Shown here: positions 7,496 to 13,954 of the stretch, in pieces
Numbering within the stretch: the stretch's first letter is position 1
Layout of the letters: the number at the start of each line of letters is the position of its first letter
Origin: an uncultured Eubacteriales bacterium
Lineage (GTDB): Bacteria > Bacillota > Clostridia > TANB77 > RGIG9151
Assembly: GCA_964631135.1 (NCBI GenBank)
Contig: CAZVVZ010000005.1
Location: 1 to 20,243 of the forward strand
Direction of reading: 5' to 3'
Length of the DNA stretch: 20,243 bases
The notes under the pieces: generated by a model
Seen by the model: the letters and a program-made list of their open reading frames with translations, nothing else
Databases searched by the model: none
Told to the model about the DNA's origin: nothing
Program-made: the position numbers and the translations under genes

Positions 7496-10201
7496 TTGGA
7501 CAGTACCAAAAGTATTATTTGGAGTCGTGGAATTTCCGGTGATCTACCTATTGTCCTTATTGTAATATCTAAGTATGAAGATTTAGATATTATATATGAA
7601 GTGATAAAAGCACATGAATATTGGCGAGCTAAAGGTATTTTTGTGGATTTGGTTGTTGTAAGTCAGGAGGAAATCAGTTATAACCATCCTTTATGGAATA
7701 GCATTTGTGATGTTGTTTGTTCAAGTCATTTAGGAGTTTTACAGAATGTTTCAGGAGGTGCTTTCTTATTAAGGGGAGATATTTTAACGAAGGATGAATT
7801 AACTGAGCTTATAAATCTTTCAAGTATTGTTTCTAAAGACGGAGTTTTTTTGTTATCTGAAAATCTTAAGACTGAGAATATTTTTAACAGTGTAAAATCA
7901 AATAGCAGAGAAAAGATTAGTCATAGGGAATTGGAGTTTTTTAACGGTATCGGCGGGTTTGATGGGGAAAACGGTGAGTATGTTATTTATCCGTCGAAAG
8001 ATAATTATACTCCTCTTCCTTGGAGTAATGTTTTAGCTAATGAAAACTTCGGTTGTATTACTACCGAGGCAGGTGGAGGGTATACATGGGCTTTTAACAG
8101 TCATGAATATAGATTAACTCCTTGGAGTAATGACATGGTTAGTGATACTTCAGGAGAGTATTTATATATAAAAGATTTAGATAATAGTGAAATTTTTTCT
8201 CCTCATTTACTTCCGTTTAATTCTGAAGGCGATTACGAAGTTGTGTATGGTTTGGGATACACAAAATATTCTGCTATAGTGGCTGATTTTAAGGTCGATA
8301 CAACTGTGTTTGTTCCACGAAATGATTTGATGAAAGTGATTGAGATTAAAATTAAAAATTTAAGAGAGAGCAGAAGAAATATAGAAGTTGGATATTACGT
8401 GGAACCTGTTTTGGGATTTAGCAGAAATTTTAAGGAGAAAACGATAGAGTATGCTTTTGATAACAATATGCTTATTTTTAGCAATAAGTATGAAAAAGAA
8501 TTTTCAGGCAATAAGATTTTTTTAAAATTGCTTGGAGAAAATAGTTTTGAGGAAAAGAACACCGGATTTAGTGTTTTTAAGAATATAACGGTGGAAAGTA
8601 TGGGTGAGGTTTACGATGCGGTATTGTTCGGAGTTTATGAAAATTTGGATATAATAAGCAGATATTCTGATAAAAATTATAGAGAGAATGAATTGGAATC
8701 TGTAAAGAATTTTTTTACTAAAGATGTTAATAAAATTAAGATAAATACTCCGGATAAGGCAACTAATTTGCTATTAAATTCATTTTTGCTTTATCAGACA
8801 TTGGTATGCAGAATTTGGGCAAAAAGTTCTTTTTACCAGTCTGGAGGAGCTACCGGATTTAGGGATCAGCTGCAAGATAGTATGCCGTTTGCATATATTA
8901 TGCCGGAAATAACAAAAAAAGAGATTTTATATCATGCCAGACATCAATTTAACGAGGGAGATGTTTTGCACTGGTGGCACAAAGAGGCAAGAAAAGGTAC
9001 ACGAACACATTTTTCAGATGATCTATTATGGCTTGTCTTTGTGACGAATTATTATATAAAAGTTACGGGTGATTATGATATATTAAAAGAACAGGTTGAA
9101 TTCGTTGAAGGAGTAGGATTAGGAGAATACGAAGATGAAAAGTATATAGAGTTTGAGTATTGCAAAAACAGTGCTTCATTATTTGCACATTGCATTTTTG
9201 CCATAGAGCATGCAATTAAATTGGGGGAACATGGATTAGTTTTAATGGGCTCAGGTGATTGGAATGACGGAATGAATGAAGTCGGGAATAAAGGCAGCGG
9301 AGAAAGTGTATGGCTTTCGTGGTTTGTATATAAAATACTAACAGATTTTTCACCTATTTGTAAGAAGCAAGGGAGGGACGATTTGGCAGATAAATATTCC
9401 GAATTTTCAGCAAAGTTAAAGGAAAGTATAAATGCTAATGCTTGGGACGGAGAATGGTATAAGAGAGCTTTCTTTGATGATGGGACACCACTTGGCTCTG
9501 TAGATAATGAGGAATGTAAAATTGATTCTATTTCGCAGTCATGGAGTATTATATCCGGGGCAGGGGAGGAAGATAGATGCAAAAAAGCGATGACTTCATT
9601 TTTTAATTATTTAGTGGATAGGGAAAATGGAATTATAAAATTATTGACACCACCATTTAATAAAAGTAATTTACAACCCGGATATATAAAGAGCTATCCT
9701 GAGGGCGTAAGGGAAAACGGAGGGCAGTATACTCATGCGGCTGTTTGGGCCGGAATTGCATATTCTTTATTAAATGATAAAGATAAGACTTTTGAAATTT
9801 TTGAAATATTAAATCCTATAAATCATAGCAGGACAGATAGCGAGATGAAAAAATATAAGCTGGAGCCTTATGTTGTAGCCGCCGATATTTATTCTAATCC
9901 GTTACATGTTGGACGTGGTGGCTGGAGTTGGTATACGGGAGCAGCAGCTTGGCTGTATAGGTTTGGAGTTGAATTTTTGCTAGGACTAAAGTTTAAGGGG
10001 GATATGCTATTTATAAAGCCTTGTGTCCCGATCGATTGGAAGGAATTTGAGGTAGATTATAAGTATTTTAATACAATATATAAAATTAAAGTTGTATTAA
10101 ATGCTGAAAATAAAGTTATATTTGATAATCTACCCAGCAAAGGCAATAGTTTTAAATTGGTGAACGATAACGGGATACATTTTGTAGAGGTTAGGTGTTA
10201 A
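7496..10201 (+). CDS. GH94 glycoside phosphorylase-like protein (C-terminal half of a Cgs/NdvB-type synthase), encoded as a separate ORF
   Basis: 901-aa ORF in a different frame from 2523-7481. TTG start preceded by AGGCGGTG (7481-7488) at about 7-nt spacing. Contains GISGDLPIV, PWSN repeats, and the GH94 catalytic-type motif GFRDQLQD (about 8855-8878). Confidence 0.75.
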   Translation: MDSTKSIIWSRGISGDLPIVLIVISKYEDLDIIYEVIKAHEYWRAKGIFVDLVVVSQEEISYNHPLWNSICDVVCSSHLGVLQNVSGGAFLLRGDILTKDELTELINLSSIVSKDGVFLLSENLKTENIFNSVKSNSREKISHRELEFFNGIGGFDGENGEYVIYPSKDNYTPLPWSNVLANENFGCITTEAGGGYTWAFNSHEYRLTPWSNDMVSDTSGEYLYIKDLDNSEIFSPHLLPFNSEGDYEVVYGLGYTKYSAIVADFKVDTTVFVPRNDLMKVIEIKIKNLRESRRNIEVGYYVEPVLGFSRNFKEKTIEYAFDNNMLIFSNKYEKEFSGNKIFLKLLGENSFEEKNTGFSVFKNITVESMGEVYDAVLFGVYENLDIISRYSDKNYRENELESVKNFFTKDVNKIKINTPDKATNLLLNSFLLYQTLVCRIWAKSSFYQSGGATGFRDQLQDSMPFAYIMPEITKKEILYHARHQFNEGDVLHWWHKEARKGTRTHFSDDLLWLVFVTNYYIKVTGDYDILKEQVEFVEGVGLGEYEDEKYIEFEYCKNSASLFAHCIFAIEHAIKLGEHGLVLMGSGDWNDGMNEVGNKGSGESVWLSWFVYKILTDFSPICKKQGRDDLADKYSEFSAKLKESINANAWDGEWYKRAFFDDGTPLGSVDNEECKIDSISQSWSIISGAGEEDRCKKAMTSFFNYLVDRENGIIKLLTPPFNKSNLQPGYIKSYPEGVRENGGQYTHAAVWAGIAYSLLNDKDKTFEIFEILNPINHSRTDSEMKKYKLEPYVVAADIYSNPLHVGRGGWSWYTGAAAWLYRFGVEFLLGLKFKGDMLFIKPCVPIDWKEFEVDYKYFNTIYKIKVVLNAENKVIFDNLPSKGNSFKLVNDNGIHFVEVRC

Positions 10202-10220
10202 ATCGGTTAATATAAAACTA

Positions 10221-10475
10221 TTAAATAAATACTTTTAAAATCAATAAAATGATTATTCCGGGAATACCGAGTGCACCGGTAATTAGGGCAGAGAAAAAGT
10301 TTAACTCAATGTGGAAACTGAAAAACTGTCCTATCCAGTTTATGATTATAAGTGTAATTCCTCCAACAATTGCATTAGCAAATAGCTTCACAATCAATTT
10401 AATAGGAGCAGAGAAAATTTTAGCGATTAAGCACACACCAAGTATGGCTAAAATATAAACAAAAATTGTTTGCAT
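10221..10475 (-). CDS. bofA: BofA-family inhibitor of pro-sigma-K processing
   Basis: 84-aa two-TM protein ending GALGIPGIIILLILKVFI. SD aaaggaag. Lies directly downstream of yaaL, as in the B. subtilis recR-yaaL-bofA arrangement. Confidence 0.75.
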   Translation of the reverse strand: MQTIFVYILAILGVCLIAKIFSAPIKLIVKLFANAIVGGITLIIINWIGQFFSFHIELNFFSALITGALGIPGIIILLILKVFI

Positions 10476-10505
10476 ATGTATTCTTCCTTTCGTATTTATG
10501 TATTG

Positions 10506-10538
10506 GCGAGGCTATAATCCTCGCTCTTTTGCTTTTTT
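10506..10538 (+). terminator. Terminator-like hairpin readable only on the + strand, inside the 3' end of yaaL
   Basis: gcgagg (10506-10511) / cctcgc (10519-10524), 7-nt loop, then tcttttgctttttt. On the minus strand no U-tail follows the same stem. Confidence 0.35.
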
Positions 10539-10793
10539 CAATAAATATTGATATCGAGTTTGAGTAGCCTTTATTTTATATGTATAATAATCTACTAAAT
10601 CCGGCTCTTCAGCAAATTCGTAGTTACTTACAGCTATTTCAAAATCGCTTTGGGCATTTTTTAAATTACTTATTAGTTCTTTCGTATCATCATCATGAGG
10701 CTTTGACTTTGATAATTTATCTAAAATGTAATTCAAAATGCCGGAATTTTCTTTTTTGTCTACATCAGTTAAATCATTAAAAAGGTTTTCCAT
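10512..10793 (-). CDS. yaaL: YaaL/DUF2508-family sporulation-associated protein
   Basis: 93-aa ORF with SD ggaggt. C-terminal pattern DLVDYYTYKIKATQTRYQYLLKKAKERG is typical of DUF2508. Synteny with bofA supports the call. Confidence 0.7.
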   Translation of the reverse strand: MENLFNDLTDVDKKENSGILNYILDKLSKSKPHDDDTKELISNLKNAQSDFEIAVSNYEFAEEPDLVDYYTYKIKATQTRYQYLLKKAKERGL

Positions 10794-10804
10794 ATGATTA
10801 CCTC

Positions 10805-10848
10805 CAAAAATAAATTTACTACAAGAAACTTTGTCCTTGTAGTAAATT
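10805..10848 (-). terminator. Rho-independent terminator of the SLH-protein gene
   Basis: 13-bp stem 10813-10825 / 10836-10848 (aatttactacaag / cttgtagtaaatt), 10-nt loop. On the minus strand it is followed by ttattttt, and the yaaL SD comes immediately after. Confidence 0.6.
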
Positions 10849-10874
10849 ATAGTCTTGAAAGCAATAATTTATAC

Positions 10875-12983
10875 CTAATCTAATAAAATTATTAAAGCAG
10901 TTTCCTCATCGTCACAGAGTATAACCATTACTCTATCGCCTTCATCAATGTCACCCTCATCATATGCATCTACATAATCGGTTAAATTTTTACCCGGCTT
11001 TGTAGAATCATAGTTTACAAAAACTGCATTTGATAGAACATCTATAGTATACTCCTCACCATCATCGGCTTCAATTACAATTTCATCATCATCAATATCT
11101 GTGATTTCACCTACTAAGTAATTATCGTCTAACATGTCTTCTGAAGACAAGTAGTCACTGCTGCTAGAACTGCTTACCAATTTAGATTTTTTAGAAGCAA
11201 CTTCCAATTCTTCAATATAATCATTTTTCCCTAAAACAATTTTTACAAACTTCCCTTCGCTGTACAGATAACTTGATGTCGCAATTTTACTATATGTTTT
11301 ATCGGTGCCGTCATAAGAAAAGTCAGTATCGTCATCGAAATAGTAATCTTCTTCTTCATCATCGTAATCTCCATCGTACTCGTTAATATAGTCATCCATT
11401 AAAATATATTCTTTTCCGCTGTCTACATCTTCGATAACTATATATCCCTTTTTAGTACTTGCTTCTGTTATTTCACCGATTATATCATCATCTTCATCAT
11501 CGGAATCGTCATCATCTGTTAAAGTAGCTTCTTTAGTTGCAACTTCTAGCAAATCTATATAGTCATTTTTACCTAATGTAATAGCTACATAGTTGCCCTT
11601 TTTATACAAATAGCTTGATGTTGCGATATTTTTATAGGATTTTGAAGAACCGTTATATTCATATTCGGTATCATCATCAAAGTAATAATCTTCTTCTTCA
11701 TCATCATAATCCTCATCATATTCATCAATATAGTCATCCATTAAGATATATTCATCGCCATCATCATCTTCGATTACTACATAGCCATACTTCGTACTGC
11801 AATCAATTATTTTTCCGATAATTCTTTCTTCAGGCGAAACAACCGCAGCTTTTACTATATAGTTTGTAGAATCTACTGTTAGAGTTACCTCGTAATCTTT
11901 CTTTATAGCAGATGTCAATGTAGAAGATTTTCCATCTAAAGTATAAGTAGTAGAAGAATCATATGTGTATGCTATTCTTGAACCGTTTGAAGTTACTGTT
12001 ATAGTTTTAGAGGTTGAGCTTGCAGCATAAATGGTGCCTTTTACTGTTTTTGTAGTTATTTTTGCACCTTCGGATATATTCATTGAAGTAATATATAAAT
12101 CGTTTGTAATAGTAGCTGTAACAGTAGCATTTGCTTTCATAGAAGAAGAAGTAACTTCTTTAGAATTTACATAGAATTTTGTATTGCTGTCATATTCATA
12201 CTCTTCTGTAGTTCCATTTACTTTAATCCATACACTGCTTGCACTGGTATCTATTTTAGTTATAGTTCCGGTTACAAACGATGTTGCGGAAGCAGTATTA
12301 GAATTTGTATTTGTATTAGAACTTTCATCAGAAACAGATGGTTTTATATCTATTTTTTTATATATTCTTTGCAAAATAGATGCAGCTTGAGCACGTGTTA
12401 GAGAGGTCTTAGGTGAGAATGTTTCACTATCCATACCTGCCATAATTTTTTGAGAATACACATAATAAACATAAGGTTTTGCACTGGCTGATATAGAAGC
12501 AGTATCAGAAAAAGGTAATACGACTATTGAATTTTTGGTAGCTTCACTCTCTTTTCCCAAAACTTTAGTTACTAAAACTGCCATTTCTTCTCGAGTCAGC
12601 GGAGAATTTATTTTATCAGAAGCTAATAAATTATCCAGATCACTTTCTTTTAATACATTTACACCCATTAAATATGCAACATCTTTTTTATATTGAGTTG
12701 TATATTTAGACAATGCAGAAGTATATTTTTCTAAAAATTTATTTGCTTCAGTAGGGTAATTATTCAAACCCGCAACTCTTGAAAGCAAGATTAAACTTTC
12801 AATTTTCGAAATCTCTTTTGACGGTCTAAAAGTTCCGTCAGTATAACCGGAAATAATTCCGGCTTTTACCATTTCTTCAACTACACCTTTTGCCCAATGT
12901 CCTTCCGGCAAATCGCTGAATGCTGCAAAAGATGTTGTGGTTAACATCACAGTAACCATAAGAATTAAAAAAAACTTTTTCAT
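10875..12983 (-). CDS. Secreted S-layer-homology (SLH) domain surface protein with Ser/Thr-rich beta region and hyper-acidic C-terminal repeats
   Basis: 702-aa ORF with SD gaggagga. Signal peptide MKKFFLILMVTVMLTTTSFAAF. SLH motifs FSDLPEGHWAKGVVEEM...GYTDGTFRP and FSPKTSLTRAQAASIL. A T/S-rich segment is followed by D/E/Y-rich repeats. Confidence 0.85.
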   Translation of the reverse strand: MKKFFLILMVTVMLTTTSFAAFSDLPEGHWAKGVVEEMVKAGIISGYTDGTFRPSKEISKIESLILLSRVAGLNNYPTEANKFLEKYTSALSKYTTQYKKDVAYLMGVNVLKESDLDNLLASDKINSPLTREEMAVLVTKVLGKESEATKNSIVVLPFSDTASISASAKPYVYYVYSQKIMAGMDSETFSPKTSLTRAQAASILQRIYKKIDIKPSVSDESSNTNTNSNTASATSFVTGTITKIDTSASSVWIKVNGTTEEYEYDSNTKFYVNSKEVTSSSMKANATVTATITNDLYITSMNISEGAKITTKTVKGTIYAASSTSKTITVTSNGSRIAYTYDSSTTYTLDGKSSTLTSAIKKDYEVTLTVDSTNYIVKAAVVSPEERIIGKIIDCSTKYGYVVIEDDDGDEYILMDDYIDEYDEDYDDEEEDYYFDDDTEYEYNGSSKSYKNIATSSYLYKKGNYVAITLGKNDYIDLLEVATKEATLTDDDDSDDEDDDIIGEITEASTKKGYIVIEDVDSGKEYILMDDYINEYDGDYDDEEEDYYFDDDTDFSYDGTDKTYSKIATSSYLYSEGKFVKIVLGKNDYIEELEVASKKSKLVSSSSSSDYLSSEDMLDDNYLVGEITDIDDDEIVIEADDGEEYTIDVLSNAVFVNYDSTKPGKNLTDYVDAYDEGDIDEGDRVMVILCDDEETALIILLD
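11120..11822 (-). repeat. Intragenic tandem repeat: two units of about 113 aa (about 339 nt) plus a partial third
   Basis: Unit 1 (aa 388-500, nt 11484-11822) starts IIGKIIDCSTKYGYVVIEDDDGDEYILMDDYIDEYDEDYDDEEEDYYFDDD. Unit 2 (from aa 501, nt 11483 downward) starts IIGEITEASTKKGYIVIEDVDSGKEYILMDDYINEYDGDYDDEEEDYYFDDD. The third partial unit reads LVGEITDIDDDEIVIEADDGEEY. Confidence 0.8.
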
Positions 12984-13149
12984 AAGTATCCTCCTCGTTA
13001 AAAGGTTTTATTCTACGTTCAAATTATATAATAAAATATTATAAAAGACTAGTGTTTTGTATATTTTTTTTTGAAAATATATTAAGTCTTTGAAAAAAAT
13101 GACGATATGTTGGGTAGAAGAAAACAAAAGATAACTGGAGGTCAATAAT

Positions 13150-13719
13150 ATGAAGAGTAAAAGTAGTGTATTTATAAATGCTGAAGATTTATATCAAGGA
13201 AAGACAGCGAAAATAGTTTATAACGGTTCGTTAGCTAAAGCTTCAAATTCTGATTTATATCTTCACTTAGGTTTTGGCATGATGTGGGAGAATTTAACTG
13301 AAATAAAAATGACTAAAACAAATGAAGGCTATATAGCAGAAGTTCCTCTTGCAAAAGCTGATTCTATCAATTTTTGCTTTAGAGATAATAACAATAATTG
13401 GGACAATAACGGTTGCAAAAATTACTCATATGCTGTATCTAAGCCTAAGATGATTAAAGCTACAGCTGATACAACTTTGTCATCTTCATTAACTAATAAA
13501 ATAGAAGCAAAGCTAGGTGAAATTTCTAATAAGATTTCAACTGCAACACCATCGATTCCGGATGAATTGAGTTTAGTTCCATCTAAGAATATTACTGAAG
13601 CATATATTCAGAGAAAGAAAAACAAATTGATGTTTTATAGATTATTTAATTTCATTCCGAGAGAATTAACGGGTAACGGAAAGAAAAACAAAGGTATTTT
13701 TTCAGGACTTTGGAAATAA
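13150..13719 (+). CDS. Small protein with N-terminal CBM25/CBM53-like glucan-binding module and basic C-terminal tail; no signal peptide
   Basis: 189-aa ORF with SD ggagg. The pattern IVYNGSL...LYLHLGFGMMWENL...GYIAEVPLAKADSINFCFRDNNNNWDNNGCKNYSY matches the starch/glucan-binding CBM25/53 signature (LH.G...W, VP, FVF.D...WDNN.G.NY) by eye. Confidence 0.55.
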   Translation: MKSKSSVFINAEDLYQGKTAKIVYNGSLAKASNSDLYLHLGFGMMWENLTEIKMTKTNEGYIAEVPLAKADSINFCFRDNNNNWDNNGCKNYSYAVSKPKMIKATADTTLSSSLTNKIEAKLGEISNKISTATPSIPDELSLVPSKNITEAYIQRKKNKLMFYRLFNFIPRELTGNGKKNKGIFSGLWK

Positions 13720-13740
13720 TTAGACGTGAGTTAAGAAAAG

Positions 13741-13940
13741 GGGCATAAAAGACTTCTTTAAATAGGTTGCTGCTCAGACTAAAAAAATACTATATATGTT
13801 TTAAAAGGAACGAATATTTGCAGAAAGACTTCTTCTACTATTTTTAGAAGTCTTTCGTCGCAAATCCTGAGTTCCGATAAAACATATATAGTATTTTTTT
13901 AGTCTGAACAGTAACCTATTTAAATGAGTCTTTTATGGCC
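13741..13940 (+). repeat. Long imperfect palindrome, copy 2 (longest, 200 nt) of the hairpin element family
   Basis: Positions x and 27681-x pair. Outer 50 nt of each arm (13741-13790 / 13891-13940) pair at 45 of 50 positions by hand count. The core is identical to copy 1. It fills 200 nt of the 235-nt gap between convergent genes. Confidence 0.9.
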
Positions 13941-13954
13941 TCCGTCTTGCACTT

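Noticed and set aside
9073-9582. Antisense or overlapping ORFs inside long genes (837-1088, 1939-2358, 2040-2291, 3352-3552, 6904-7104, 7124-7366, 9073-9582, 10249-10458, 10580-10780, 11615-11821, 12184-12390, 14287-14475, 14547-14828, 15442-15744, 16181-16489, 16594-16913, 18598-18789, 18866-19051, 19162-19347).
   Set aside because: All are embedded in much longer ORFs with clear homology on the other strand or frame. They have low-complexity or hydrophobic shadow-type composition and no SD. They are typical shadow ORFs.
10846-10851. Perfect TATAAT on the minus strand just upstream of the terminator hairpin, as a possible yaaL promoter -10.
   Set aside because: No acceptable -35 lies at 16-18 nt (TTGCTT is only 7 nt away, TTAGGT is 21 nt away). 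TATAAT-like hexamers are frequent in this AT-rich sequence.
13791-13890. The core arms are 34-36 nt, begin GTTTTA and end TAAAAC, and pair imperfectly like a CRISPR repeat : tracrRNA anti-repeat duplex.
   Set aside because: There is no array of regularly spaced direct repeats; the copies are kilobases apart and each is a self-contained palindrome. There are no spacers and no cas genes in the window. The resemblance rests on length and end motif only.
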